Below, piece after piece: positions 1-9,907 of a DNA stretch of 55,111 bases. How positions within the stretch are numbered: the first letter of the stretch is position 1; every line of letters starts with the position of its first letter. Position numbers and translations under genes: made by a program. The notes under the pieces were generated by a model. That model had not been told where the DNA came from. It was given only the letters and a program-made list of their open reading frames with translations, and made no database searches. This DNA is from Oculatellaceae cyanobacterium bins.114. Its GTDB lineage: Bacteria; Cyanobacteriota; Cyanobacteriia; Elainellales; Elainellaceae. Where the stretch lies: NCBI GenBank assembly GCA_033764315.1, contig JANRJA010000175.1, positions 1-55,111 of the forward strand, in the 5' to 3' direction.

Positions 1-106
1 GCGGTTCAAGTCCGCCTCCTGGCATTATTCCTCGACTGGGAAAACAGTGTTGCAGTTAACGCACTCAACAATGTACTCAGATTCATCTTCATCAACCACT
101 ACGCCA
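1..106 (+). repeat. Terminal overlap (left copy), identical to 55006-55111; indicates a circular assembly
   Basis: Exact match gcggttcaag...actacgcca at both ends. Confidence 0.95.
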
Positions 107-249
107 GCTTCCCATCCATGATTTTCAAGGCATAGTGGGCACCTTCCATCTGGGTATTGCTCACGTTTCTCCTGAGCTGTCATTACTTCACCATTGTTTT
201 TTATGAAATAAGTCATCTTGTTTACCTGCGTGATAGAGCAATTAGTCAA
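25..249 (-). CDS. Small zinc-ribbon protein adjacent to attP
   Basis: CPLC...CVNC; stop codon abuts the tRNA 3' end. Confidence 0.6.
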   Translation of the reverse strand: MTNCSITQVNKMTYFIKNNGEVMTAQEKREQYPDGRCPLCLENHGWEAGVVVDEDESEYIVECVNCNTVFPVEE

Positions 250-409
250 GCAGCATCGGTTAGCTGTCTAAGTTTTTCAATCAATTCACTTGGCACTAAA
301 TAGCCCTTTTGAGTGGGTTTTGCCGCCTCAAGAATTTGCTTGAGCAGGAGCTTGCGATCGCGGTACTCTTTCGCTGTGCGCTTGAGTAATTGTCGCGGGG
401 ATTCGTGGG

Positions 410-892
410 TCATGGGCGATCGCCTCCCAATTTGCCTTCAATTCGCTCAATCATGCTCTCAATGCGCTTTTCAACAGGTGCAATCGCCTCTCTAGCAATG
501 GCATGAATCACGTCAGGGCTATCCGGGTAGTAGCGGCGATCGCCCAAGTTATTGCCTGCGTGCTCCATTGCCCTGCAAGCCTCCATGAAATAGGAGAGGG
601 TTTCAGTTGAGGCGTCAGCGACGATCGCCTCACCCAGCTTCTGTTTGAGAAACTTCTGCGACTCGTCGATTAGCTGTAGCAGCTTTTCATTGTCTCTAGC
701 CATTGCGATCGCTTCAGGGGTGCTGTATTCATGGCAGTACATGATCAGCCCAAACAGGTTGGGGTGATTGGCATAGCCGAAATCAAAGAAAATCGGCTCG
801 TCGTTGAACTGCAAACGATTCAGGTTGGCTTCTGATAGCCCGAAGCCGTAGAGTGTCCCTCCATCCTCTTTTTGAGCGGTGAACTTAATCAT
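410..892 (-). CDS. Hypothetical protein
   Basis: Start MIKFTAQ at 892 overlaps the upstream ORF stop; part of the leftward operon. Confidence 0.65.
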   Translation of the reverse strand: MIKFTAQKEDGGTLYGFGLSEANLNRLQFNDEPIFFDFGYANHPNLFGLIMYCHEYSTPEAIAMARDNEKLLQLIDESQKFLKQKLGEAIVADASTETLSYFMEACRAMEHAGNNLGDRRYYPDSPDVIHAIAREAIAPVEKRIESMIERIEGKLGGDRP

Positions 893-1313
893 GGCGATCG
901 CCCTCCATGCTTTGAACAAAAGAGTCGTAATCGATGCACATGTCAACGGTTCCGTCGAATGCTTCCTCCAGTTCTTCGGGGGTGTATTTGCGATCGACTC
1001 GTCGGGTCAGGTTCTCCAGCAACGGCAGATCTACGTTTTTGAAAATGTAGAAATTGAAAAAGGCTTTTATCGCTTTGAGGTCGGCTGGATCGGGTGCTCT
1101 CTCTAAATCCCCATCTGCCATTTCCATTACTGCTGCGTCTGCTCTAAGGATGGTTGGGGCGATCGCGCAGATGCGCTCAAGCTGGCGATCGTGTCTACCA
1201 CTCCTGCCATCTGGAACAATGAGCACATCAAAACTCATTTCAGATGCGGCATTGAGTTCAACGTGTAGAAATTTGTGGTCTTCGTCAGATACATCGATTT
1301 TGAGAATGCACAT
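885..1313 (-). CDS. Hypothetical protein
   Basis: Operon position; AGGAG RBS upstream. Confidence 0.65.
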   Translation of the reverse strand: MCILKIDVSDEDHKFLHVELNAASEMSFDVLIVPDGRSGRHDRQLERICAIAPTILRADAAVMEMADGDLERAPDPADLKAIKAFFNFYIFKNVDLPLLENLTRRVDRKYTPEELEEAFDGTVDMCIDYDSFVQSMEGDRHD

Positions 1314-1437
1314 TAGCGATCGTCTCCTTTCCTAACTGGCTGAATAATTTGGGCTTGCGGGTATCGTTCGAGCAGATTGCTCAACTGCCGTTGGCTGTAG
1401 GCAACCAGAATCGTTTTGCCAACCGCGAGGTAGTAGA

Positions 1438-1887
1438 TCATTCAGCCTCCTCTGTTTGCCATGCAGTTTGACAATCACCGCATTGCCACCAGCTAGGAGC
1501 ATGGAAACTTGTGGCGGTGTTAATGCTGCCACAGTCAGGGCATTGCTCTCCTTCAAAAACCACTTCCTCTTCAAAGATCGGCTGCTTATCTTGCAAGGCT
1601 TTAAACTCCTCATCGGACACGTCGAACTCTGGATGCCAGCCGTGTTCTAGGGCTTCAGCGATCGCCGGGTGGATTTGCCCCAGCCTTGCCTGAAGCCTTA
1701 TTGCCATATCTCTGGCTACATCTGCGGACGGTCCTCGGTTTTGCGGATGTCTTAGAGCGAGTTGGATCTGTCCGACCAACACAAAGGCTCTAAATGGCAT
1801 GATTGCCATTTCAATCGGCTCAGCTTCATCAAGGATTTTGCCTATTTGCTCAAAGTTGGGTAATTGCATAAAAGCTCCTATGTCCAA
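1438..1887 (-). CDS. Hypothetical protein with C-terminal zinc ribbon
   Basis: CPDC...CGDC. Confidence 0.65.
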   Translation of the reverse strand: MDIGAFMQLPNFEQIGKILDEAEPIEMAIMPFRAFVLVGQIQLALRHPQNRGPSADVARDMAIRLQARLGQIHPAIAEALEHGWHPEFDVSDEEFKALQDKQPIFEEEVVFEGEQCPDCGSINTATSFHAPSWWQCGDCQTAWQTEEAE

Positions 1888-4106
1888 TCAAGTAACCAGT
1901 TGCCAATCTCAGCTTTCTCTGCCTCGCTGCAAGCCTTTAGAGCTGCCATCGCCACCTCTTTTGCCCCATGCGCGACGATCGCTTTCTTGATATCCGCTCC
2001 CGCAAAATCAATGGGCCGCTCAAACGCCATGCAGCCGCCGCGTTCGGTTGCCCAATCAGATCTCAAGGGGCGATCGCCTTCAAACTGCCCTGCCATGCAG
2101 GTGTAAGTGCTGCCGTCACCGCCTAATTTTTTGCGATCGCAGTTGTAGCAGCTCTTACCCGATGCACCCCAACCCCTGCTCATCTCCTGGTTGAACTCCT
2201 CCGGAGTGATAGAGGGTTTAAAGGTGAGTGGGACCCGATGACCAGCCGCTGTAGAGGCGATCTCTGTTACGTCATCACCCTCGTAAATCTGCTTAACTAC
2301 AGCCGATCGCCCTTCGTATCTGCCATGTGGGACCGTGACGCGATCGCCCTCTTTTACCTCTCCCAGGTCTTCTATTGCAAACAGTTCGCCCACGGCACCA
2401 AAGTTGTCCAACCAAAGCCTGCAATAGCGAAAGGTTTCCGACCCCTGCTCCTGTGATCGTTTTTCAGCCGCCGCTTGGTTTGCGTCAAACCGCTCTTTCA
2501 GTTCCTCCAGCGAGTTGACCAAATCGCGCTCAACCACTGCTGGAGCGGTGGGTGTTTCCGTTGCGGATTTGAGGGAGCGATCGCTCTTGAGCAATGCAGC
2601 CGCTTCACGGAGGGTGCAGACCCTTGCCTGCTCTAACTCCTTCTGCCGTTTTGCCATCCGCTGATACAGAGTTGCAGTGGAGCTGGGCAGCGGATTGCCA
2701 GACCGGGGGGATTTGATTTGAGCACGGGCAGCTTCCCAATTACCGTGCCCACACTCAGCTTTAGCTTTGATCAGTTTGTGCCCAATCTCCAGGGCAAAGC
2801 TAAAGGCGGATTGCGCGGCGTTTTCAGCAACTTCCTCGGCTTCTTCTAGGTTGCCAAAGAGGGTGTTGATTTCGGTGATGAGGGTGTCGAGCGTTGTTAT
2901 CGATTGGGTGGGGGTTTCGATAATAGCGATCTGGTTATTATCGAGATCGGATTCATAAGCCCAAACCTTACCCTTCCTGCCTGTAACTTCGTAAAGGTAG
3001 TCATCCTGGCTTCTTTCTCTGCTAAGCACAACCACCGAGCTACCTTCAAGTAAAGGGGGTATGCTGCGCTTAAGAATCAATTGCTGCCCCTGCTGAAACT
3101 TTGGCTTTGAATGGCGCACAGAAGGGGCGATCGCGTCTCCTGCACGAAACTCAACCTCTTCACCTGTCAGCACTAGACGCCGTTTTTTGTGCGAGATTAG
3201 TTGCCCTTTGCGGGTAATCGATCCGCTTATGCCGTCACGCGGTAGGTTGCTGTGGCTGTAGGTAGGCTCCTTCCATTCCTCTAGCGAGACCACAGAAGAT
3301 GCCCAGACCGCTTCATATGCAATAGCACTGCCCGATCCTCGTCCACCAGTTGCAACCCACTCCCGATCGTCCCAACTGAAAGTGCCTCTAACTTTGTCTT
3401 TGGTTAGCAAATCGCAAGAGATTAGCTTCGCAAAAGATTCAAGAGCTTGCTGGTCAATACAAGCGATCGCTGGCTGTGACTCAATTTCTGCGATCGCCTG
3501 CGCTTCGGCTTCGTAAGCTTCGGCAAAGGCACTCCCCTTATCCTTGCTGTTTGTCTCAGTCGCTTCGACCGCTTCAGCCCCAGGCTCAAGCAATGGATTA
3601 AGAGGCTCCAGCAGGTTAGCAGTAGCTCTTTCTACAAAGCTTGTGGGCTTTTGTTCTCCATTTACCCATCTGTGCCGAGTGACCCTATACCCCTCCTGAT
3701 CCTCATCTGGGAAAATGGCTATCACGGTTTTACCCAAAGCATCAACAGTGCCACGCAGCCTGATTCGATCGCCGTTGCTGCTGTTGGTGTGCCAGCCCTC
3801 AATGCGATCGCCCTCTATAAACTCGTCACATCTAGCCAAAACATCCGCGCTGTACCAGTTTTGAATCTGTAAGTCGTTCGGGTCAAACCGGATTGAGTAT
3901 TTTGTCTCCAAAGATGAATCGGGAATGGCGTATTTTTTGCGGTTTTCGGCTGTGCTAACGCTTTGAACCCAGCCGTAGAGGTACTTTTTCCCAGCACACA
4001 GGAAATACTCTTGGGTGCTATGCCAAACGCGATCGCCTATCTGATAACCGTTATGAGATGGGTCGATATCATTACCCACCTTTAGTTCAATTTGGGGTGC
4101 AACCAC
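1878..4106 (-). CDS. Large mosaic protein with DUF3102-like helical domain
   Basis: EIGHKLIKAKAECGHGNWEA motif typical of DUF3102-like phage proteins; 742 aa. Confidence 0.65.
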   Translation of the reverse strand: MVAPQIELKVGNDIDPSHNGYQIGDRVWHSTQEYFLCAGKKYLYGWVQSVSTAENRKKYAIPDSSLETKYSIRFDPNDLQIQNWYSADVLARCDEFIEGDRIEGWHTNSSNGDRIRLRGTVDALGKTVIAIFPDEDQEGYRVTRHRWVNGEQKPTSFVERATANLLEPLNPLLEPGAEAVEATETNSKDKGSAFAEAYEAEAQAIAEIESQPAIACIDQQALESFAKLISCDLLTKDKVRGTFSWDDREWVATGGRGSGSAIAYEAVWASSVVSLEEWKEPTYSHSNLPRDGISGSITRKGQLISHKKRRLVLTGEEVEFRAGDAIAPSVRHSKPKFQQGQQLILKRSIPPLLEGSSVVVLSRERSQDDYLYEVTGRKGKVWAYESDLDNNQIAIIETPTQSITTLDTLITEINTLFGNLEEAEEVAENAAQSAFSFALEIGHKLIKAKAECGHGNWEAARAQIKSPRSGNPLPSSTATLYQRMAKRQKELEQARVCTLREAAALLKSDRSLKSATETPTAPAVVERDLVNSLEELKERFDANQAAAEKRSQEQGSETFRYCRLWLDNFGAVGELFAIEDLGEVKEGDRVTVPHGRYEGRSAVVKQIYEGDDVTEIASTAAGHRVPLTFKPSITPEEFNQEMSRGWGASGKSCYNCDRKKLGGDGSTYTCMAGQFEGDRPLRSDWATERGGCMAFERPIDFAGADIKKAIVAHGAKEVAMAALKACSEAEKAEIGNWLLDWT

Positions 4107-4633
4107 TACGCCACCTCCTTGAGCTGCTCATTAACCAGAGCAACGATGTCAGCAGGGGCATCCAATAGCTTCCCCTGGCGAGACTTGAAAGGGATGGGTT
4201 CGGAGAGCGATCGAACGCTGTCGAGCTGAAGAGCGTAGCGTCCCGGTTCCCATAAACCCACTGCTTGCTCTAAAGCACTTTTGTCTTGAATGATTGTGAA
4301 TCCTTCTGGAGGGTCTGCTTCAAACCAACCAACCACAATCCCCGGAAGATTCATCATCTGCGAGCATTTGGTTAAATCAGCGATCGCCACGATGCAGCCC
4401 AGCGGTAACTGCTCAGCAAAAGGAACCTTTTCGGGGGGAAGGCCGAGTCCTAATTTGCGTCCATCTTCAATCGCAGATAGGTAGAGCTGTCGTTCGGAAA
4501 ATCCCATTACCCGTTTGGCTGCATGAATCAGCAGCGGTCCGCGATAATCAGTCGCCCAATGCCGGGTTTCGTATCGCTTCAGCTCAAGGGCTACCAGGCT
4601 TGCCCAGGGTTGGTGCAGTGTGATGATTTTCAT
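4106..4633 (-). CDS. ASCH domain protein
   Basis: ITLHQPWASL...KRYETRHW...YRGPLLIHA signature. Confidence 0.9.
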   Translation of the reverse strand: MKIITLHQPWASLVALELKRYETRHWATDYRGPLLIHAAKRVMGFSERQLYLSAIEDGRKLGLGLPPEKVPFAEQLPLGCIVAIADLTKCSQMMNLPGIVVGWFEADPPEGFTIIQDKSALEQAVGLWEPGRYALQLDSVRSLSEPIPFKSRQGKLLDAPADIVALVNEQLKEVA

Positions 4634-4884
4634 TACTCTTCTAGCTCCTTAACTCTTGCTAATGCCTGCGATCGCAATTGGTGCAGGCGGATAATTTCGT
4701 GTCGCTTTACGTGTGGCAGCAACCGGCTGCTCGCCATGATGTTGTTCATGAATCGCAGATACACAGAGGCTTTAGCTTCGTAAAAGGCGATTTCATGTCT
4801 GTTGATGGGCGACTTGGGTTGTGGTGGTGTCTCGGCGGCTTCCTCTGGGGTCAGAGCGTAGCTGAGTAGGTCAAGTTGGATCAT
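4633..4884 (-). CDS. Hypothetical protein
   Basis: Translationally coupled within the operon. Confidence 0.6.
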   Translation of the reverse strand: MIQLDLLSYALTPEEAAETPPQPKSPINRHEIAFYEAKASVYLRFMNNIMASSRLLPHVKRHEIIRLHQLRSQALARVKELEE

Positions 4885-5337
4885 TTAGCCCCCCCGAATT
4901 GGTAATTGAATTCGTGTTGGGTCTTTTCCGTTCCCAGCGGGCTTAGGAGGGGTGAGCATGTCAAGACTTAATTGCCCTTTACGCTCTAACTTTGCCTTGG
5001 TATTTGCCGCTCGAAATGGGGCATCGTGCTTCAGATGACAACCAGAACACAGAGCTTTGAGGTTACTAGGGTCGTTGTTGCTGGGATCTTGATCCAGGTG
5101 GGCAACGGTGAGAACGAACCGAGCAGGATGCTCACAGATCGTTGAAACTGCTGTCTGATTCACCCAATCAAGAGAGGAATGATTGCAGCCTTGAATCTGC
5201 TTAATGAAATCGCCTAGATCTTCGCCAGTACGACGACAAGGGCGATCGCACTGCTGACATTTCCAATCAGCCGACTCTTTGACCTTGAGGGCTATTTCAT
5301 CCCAGTTTTTGGGGTAGCGATCGCGCTCCATCGGCAT
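4885..5337 (-). CDS. HNH endonuclease family protein
   Basis: CQQC...LTVAHLDQDPSNNDPSNLKALCSGCH. Confidence 0.9.
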   Translation of the reverse strand: MPMERDRYPKNWDEIALKVKESADWKCQQCDRPCRRTGEDLGDFIKQIQGCNHSSLDWVNQTAVSTICEHPARFVLTVAHLDQDPSNNDPSNLKALCSGCHLKHDAPFRAANTKAKLERKGQLSLDMLTPPKPAGNGKDPTRIQLPIRGG

Positions 5338-5618
5338 TACAGCTTCACCTCCCCTTCAACCAGTACTCCATCAAAGAACCTGGCAAAGTCGATCGCCGCT
5401 GACCTCAGCTCATCTGGCACTCTCACCATGAGCCGGTGCTGATCTCCAGACACCAGAATTGAGTTGCCACTGCAAATCACTTTGACGTTGGTGCCAGCGA
5501 TCGCCCTCACCTTTTGCAGTTGCTCTAAAGCCAGTGGGATGCAACCTTTGGGAGCACTTGAGCGGTAGTAGAGCGCCTCATCAGCGGGATTAAAAACAAG
5601 CGGTTCAGGTTGTTTCAC
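5337..5618 (-). CDS. Hypothetical protein
   Basis: Coupled ORF in the operon. Confidence 0.55.
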   Translation of the reverse strand: MKQPEPLVFNPADEALYYRSSAPKGCIPLALEQLQKVRAIAGTNVKVICSGNSILVSGDQHRLMVRVPDELRSAAIDFARFFDGVLVEGEVKL

Positions 5619-5934
5619 TGGGCACCTCCATCGGTTTTTCCGGTCGTTGTGCTTGGCTTAATTTGCGCTCTAAAGCTCTCAAGGCTTCTTCAGGTAGTCG
5701 GGTTTGGAAATAAACCCAATGCCGTTCTGGTGGGCGTTCTTGCAAGGCTGTAAGGATGCTTTCGATTGAGTAGTTGGGATTGCGACTGAGGGCTGCGATC
5801 GCCCACTGTGTCACCCGCTCGTCAAGGATTAGAAGGTTCCGACCCGAACGCTCTGCCATGCCGTGCTCAATCAGCAGGCATTGGAGGTTCACAAAGGTGT
5901 CGATCAGGTGCTTTTCCCTGGTGATGATTGCCAT
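5605..5934 (-). CDS. Hypothetical protein
   Basis: GGAGG RBS; operon position. Confidence 0.6.
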   Translation of the reverse strand: MAIITREKHLIDTFVNLQCLLIEHGMAERSGRNLLILDERVTQWAIAALSRNPNYSIESILTALQERPPERHWVYFQTRLPEEALRALERKLSQAQRPEKPMEVPSETT

Positions 5935-7447
5935 ATATCCCCCCTCCTCCGTAGTCAGCGGACTGAGGCGATCGCTTCCAAGCCTCTAAAATCTGGCTTA
6001 AATCGCTGAAACCTCCACCAGATGGGCTATTACACCCTGATCCATCCAAATCCCACCCCTTAAACCACTCCTGAACCACATCCAATGCGGGTTTACGGCC
6101 ATCACTAGGCAATAAGCTTTTAGCCGCATTTGGGCGCGGCGCTCCAACGCCAGCGACCAATAGGCTTTCTGATAAACACTGGGGGGGCGCGGGGGGGTTA
6201 TCCACAGGCTCAACCTCTGCGGGTCTGCCGATGTATTCGGGGTGCCACAGATCCAGGTGATGGTAGAGGGTTTCTCCTGAAAAGCCGTATTCGGCGGTCA
6301 AGATGTTGAATCTATCGGTGATGCCTGCTGGAAACCGCTCTTGGTTGAGCAGATCAGCGATCGCAAAACAGATGCGCTCGATCGCCCTTGCCTTGAGAAA
6401 GTCATTCCACTTCGTCCAGGTGGGCTTAACTTTCTTCTGCTCTGCCTTGCGAGTGGGAGTTTGTCCGTAGGGGTAGTATTTCGAGTTCTCAACGCACCTT
6501 GCCCAGTCAGTGGCCCTCGACCAAATCTCAGTTTTGTGCCTGCAATAGCGGTTGTATCCGGGAAGCGAGGCAGCAACTTTGACGATTTGAGCAACCAGGC
6601 GATCGCCCGTTAATGGCTCACCGCCATCAATCCGGTGGCGAAAGATGTACTCTCTCAGCGTGATCCGGCCCAGCAGGTGATTGGTCTGCCCAAAATCAGT
6701 CCACCCCGGTTCGATCTCGGTATCGAGGTCGCTCAGAAATTTCTCACCCTTGTAGCCAATCCGGCGATAGTTGGTATTGGCAATCTTTCGGAGTCGCTCA
6801 AACTCCTCCTCGTCAACGACATTTCGCGCTTGGCAGAACTGCCACTGCTTCACGAACTCAGCGGGGCTATCCCAGCTCAATGCCCAGTTATCGGTGAGCA
6901 AGTAACTGCCTGCCTGGAGGGGCAAGCGGTGGGCTTTGTATTTAGCAAAGGATTGCTTTTCGATGTCGTAGTTGCAGACATTGGGGAATGTCTCTAGGAG
7001 GCCATCTGCCACCTTTAAGCCTTTGCATTCGAGCAGGTGACGAACCACCAAAGCCAGCTCCCAGCTCGATTGCCCATTTGAGAGGGGGAAATACAGATGG
7101 ATGCCATTGCTGTAGGAACTGGTGACAGGGACAAAGCTGGTGATGCCAATTGTTTCGAGTGCCTCAATGATTCGGGAGATGGCAAAGCGATCGCGTCTGG
7201 GGTGGTAGTAGCTGCCCCAGTCGATGTCGAGCATCAGGTAGTTGGTCTTTGAGCTGAAAGAAACTCCGTAGAGGTGCTCTCCAGCCTTGAGCATTCGATC
7301 TGATAGGGGGTAACGATCTTCACGCTGCCACTGTGGGGCTTCGAGGGGTTTGGAATGTGGCGCAAATAGAAAATCGTAGCGATAGGGGAAGAGGTTAAAA
7401 AACGGGTCATTTTCAGGAATCGAATGAAACGTCATATCACGAGCCAA
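5867..7447 (-). CDS. Putative primase-like (AEP superfamily) replication initiator
   Basis: LMLDID (DxD) and TSSYSNGIHLY (SxxGxH) motifs; position in the early operon. Confidence 0.6.
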   Translation of the reverse strand: MARDMTFHSIPENDPFFNLFPYRYDFLFAPHSKPLEAPQWQREDRYPLSDRMLKAGEHLYGVSFSSKTNYLMLDIDWGSYYHPRRDRFAISRIIEALETIGITSFVPVTSSYSNGIHLYFPLSNGQSSWELALVVRHLLECKGLKVADGLLETFPNVCNYDIEKQSFAKYKAHRLPLQAGSYLLTDNWALSWDSPAEFVKQWQFCQARNVVDEEEFERLRKIANTNYRRIGYKGEKFLSDLDTEIEPGWTDFGQTNHLLGRITLREYIFRHRIDGGEPLTGDRLVAQIVKVAASLPGYNRYCRHKTEIWSRATDWARCVENSKYYPYGQTPTRKAEQKKVKPTWTKWNDFLKARAIERICFAIADLLNQERFPAGITDRFNILTAEYGFSGETLYHHLDLWHPEYIGRPAEVEPVDNPPAPPQCLSESLLVAGVGAPRPNAAKSLLPSDGRKPALDVVQEWFKGWDLDGSGCNSPSGGGFSDLSQILEAWKRSPQSADYGGGGIYGNHHQGKAPDRHLCEPPMPAD

Positions 7448-7488
7448 TAAGTAAGGCCCCAGCTCAGTTGCCTAAGCCAGGGCGTTGT

Positions 7489-7896
7489 CTAGGAGGGAGA
7501 GCTAGGGGCGTATTCAGTCGCCCATGCTTTGATGTGCGAGCACCGCTCAACTTGATTCTCAGGAGCAACCTTAGACCAAGCTTCTAGAGCCACCAGCAGT
7601 TCATTGAATAAGTCTTGAGGAATAACCATGCAATCTGGCTCTGTGGGCTGAATCAAGCCGCAGTAGCCACAGATGGTTTGTTCTCTGGAAGGCAGCAAGT
7701 TTGCTGAGTGGCAGTAGACGCATGTGGGGGTGCTAGTCGCTTCTTCAAGCGAAAGGTAGCGATCCAAAGCACAGCAGATGATTGCATCCCCATCTAGATC
7801 GGGGTTGCGCTGTTGATGAGCAAACAGCCGTTGTTGCAGCAATTCTGGGATCTCAACAAAGTAAGTAGTGGTTGACTCGTAAGGTTGTTGGCTCAT
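7489..7896 (-). CDS. Hypothetical protein (RHH-like N-terminus, zinc ribbon)
   Basis: CVYC...CGYC. Confidence 0.6.
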   Translation of the reverse strand: MSQQPYESTTTYFVEIPELLQQRLFAHQQRNPDLDGDAIICCALDRYLSLEEATSTPTCVYCHSANLLPSREQTICGYCGLIQPTEPDCMVIPQDLFNELLVALEAWSKVAPENQVERCSHIKAWATEYAPSSPS

Positions 7897-8288
7897 GCCG
7901 CACTACCCTCCACCACTGCATTGGTTTCGATCGCAGTTGCTTTCAGGGCCTCTAAATATGCAATCAGAAGGGCGATCGCTGGTTCGTCTTGAGGTTCGCT
8001 GCTGAGAGATGGCTCCTCAGCTTTGCGCCACACATCCGCGCTGTATTTAGGTTCGTCGTTCAGATCTAAAACCATCTCCAGAATGAAGCACCAACCCTCC
8101 TGAGAGGCGATCGCGTGCTGAACCATCTCCTGAAGCATCGCCCAGTTCTCGCAGCTCAAGTCCCCCTTGTAATAAATGGGGTAGCGATCGAAACCAATCC
8201 AGGCGATTGGTAGATGCTTGTCGAACTTGCACGAATCAGGTTGTAGGTCTGCCCATTGCTTAAGAAGGTCTAAGAGTTTGTTGGTCAT
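7893..8288 (-). CDS. Hypothetical protein
   Basis: ATGA-coupled ORF. Confidence 0.65.
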   Translation of the reverse strand: MTNKLLDLLKQWADLQPDSCKFDKHLPIAWIGFDRYPIYYKGDLSCENWAMLQEMVQHAIASQEGWCFILEMVLDLNDEPKYSADVWRKAEEPSLSSEPQDEPAIALLIAYLEALKATAIETNAVVEGSAA

Positions 8289-9325
8289 GCCGCACCTCCA
8301 ACCGCGATCGCGTGTTTGCCATTGCCATTGGAGGGATTTGCTACAACCATCTCCAGGTCAACAGGTGGGCGATCGCCTGTCTCTAACTCATAAAGTTCGT
8401 GCAGAGCGTGGAGTTTGAGTAGGCAGGCTTTTTCATCAGCATCTAGCTGCTTCCGTGACTCTTCAAGGCGTTTGAGGGTGGCTCTCAAGGTTGAGATGTG
8501 ATTCTCAATGCGCTTTAGGATCGCAGTTTTCTCGTCGGCGGATGGCTTAGTAGATTCCAGTTCACGGCATCGATGCTCTAGCTCGGCAATTTTTTGTCTC
8601 AGTGCCCAAACTTCTGTTTCTTTGGTTTCCGCAACAGGAGTTGGGGGTGTTGCGGATTTGGTTTCTGCCTCTGTTTTGATCCGTTCTCGATATTGAGCAA
8701 TCGCATGATCGGCTCGATATTTCAAATCGCTAAATTCTGCCTCGTAAAAGACTCCGCGCCCTACACCTGCTTTTTTGCGGATAGTTTCAAGGGTTATTTT
8801 TGCCCCTGATTTCTCTAGGGCAGCGATCGCTTCAATCACTCTCTTTCTGATCTCGTCAGCAGTGGATTTTGCTTTGTGTGAGAGCTGTGGCTCGGTAGCC
8901 ACATCAAACTGACTGAGGCGATCAATAATCGGCTCTGGTTGTGTCATGGCAGGTTTGGTGGGAGAAGGTTTGGGTTTTGCCACTGAGTTGCGCTGTGGTG
9001 GCGTTGCACTAATCAGGCTGGGGTCAAAGTAAGTTTTGCAAGGCTCAGGAGGCTTGGCGGCGCGAAACAGCTTGCTGTCTCGCACTCCAGGCTCATAATC
9101 AATCGCCCAAGCTCTGATCTCTGGATGCACTTTGCTGGAAAAGCGATCGCAGCCCAGCCGGATTTCACCTCTTTCAAAAAGGTGGGTGAGAGTGCGGTCA
9201 GTGATAGCGCGGCTGCAACCCAGCTTCACGTCAAGCCTGGGCTTAGTGATGCCTGGGCTCTGAGTGATTATCACAAGGGCACAATCGCACTGATGCTCAA
9301 ATTCGCTGCTGCTGAGTCTGCTCAT
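8285..9325 (-). CDS. DNA-binding protein (HTH plus coiled coil, DUF6262/KfrA-like)
   Basis: VIEAIAALEKSGAKITLETIRKKAGVGRGVFY followed by a coiled coil. Confidence 0.6.
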   Translation of the reverse strand: MSRLSSSEFEHQCDCALVIITQSPGITKPRLDVKLGCSRAITDRTLTHLFERGEIRLGCDRFSSKVHPEIRAWAIDYEPGVRDSKLFRAAKPPEPCKTYFDPSLISATPPQRNSVAKPKPSPTKPAMTQPEPIIDRLSQFDVATEPQLSHKAKSTADEIRKRVIEAIAALEKSGAKITLETIRKKAGVGRGVFYEAEFSDLKYRADHAIAQYRERIKTEAETKSATPPTPVAETKETEVWALRQKIAELEHRCRELESTKPSADEKTAILKRIENHISTLRATLKRLEESRKQLDADEKACLLKLHALHELYELETGDRPPVDLEMVVANPSNGNGKHAIAVGGAA

Positions 9326-9558
9326 GATTGCGCCGCCTCACTCCGTTGTAATTCGTCGATTAGGGCGATCGTTTGGGCTTCCTCAAGGCTGATAGTCGTT
9401 GGCTCGTCTCGGCATTTGAGCCAAAGCAAATACTTGCGGTTCCAGTCGCTCAGGTTGCCGCTCAAAAGGGTTTCAATCTTTTGGTGGGAAGAGTGTGAGC
9501 GATCGTGTGTTATTGTTGTGGCTTGAACTTCAATCATTTGTGTCTCCGTGTGAGACAA
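9322..9558 (-). CDS. Hypothetical protein
   Basis: Coupled to the downstream gene; start uncertain. Confidence 0.5.
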   Translation of the reverse strand: MSHTETQMIEVQATTITHDRSHSSHQKIETLLSGNLSDWNRKYLLWLKCRDEPTTISLEEAQTIALIDELQRSEAAQS

Positions 9559-9597
9559 AAAGCCGCTCAGCCAGTGCTAAAGGGAGAGCGGCTTTTT
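9557..9597. terminator. Bidirectional terminator/attenuator hairpin
   Basis: AAAAAGCCGCTC ... GAGCGGCTTTTT. Confidence 0.6.
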
Positions 9598-9604
9598 GTT
9601 GTGA

Positions 9605-9766
9605 TTAGGAAGCTTTGGCGATCGGCTGGGGTTGAGAGTTGCGCTCGATGTATTCATCAATAGCGGTACTGGCAACCTCTCTCATTTCCCGTCCGCTAAG
9701 AGCTGCAAAAACTTTTAGCTTTCGGTGAATTTCTTGACTTAGAAGTACTTGAGGGTTGGTTTTCAT
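9605..9766 (-). CDS. Ribbon-helix-helix regulator (Cro position), 53 aa, not in the ORF track
   Basis: Translated by hand: MKTNPQVLLSQEIHRKLKVFAALSGREMREVASTAIDEYIERNSQPQPIAKAS. Confidence 0.75.
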   Translation of the reverse strand: MKTNPQVLLSQEIHRKLKVFAALSGREMREVASTAIDEYIERNSQPQPIAKAS

Positions 9767-9907
9767 TTCAGATCTACCAATCGACTAATTCACTTAGCTT
9801 AGAAAAGCAAAAGCTTTTTGTCAATAAAGGCAAATGTTTTTGCTCTAATCCTAATATTTGCCGTGCTACCGTTTGTGTAAACCAAAAGCACTTGGTTGAT
9901 TGGCTCA

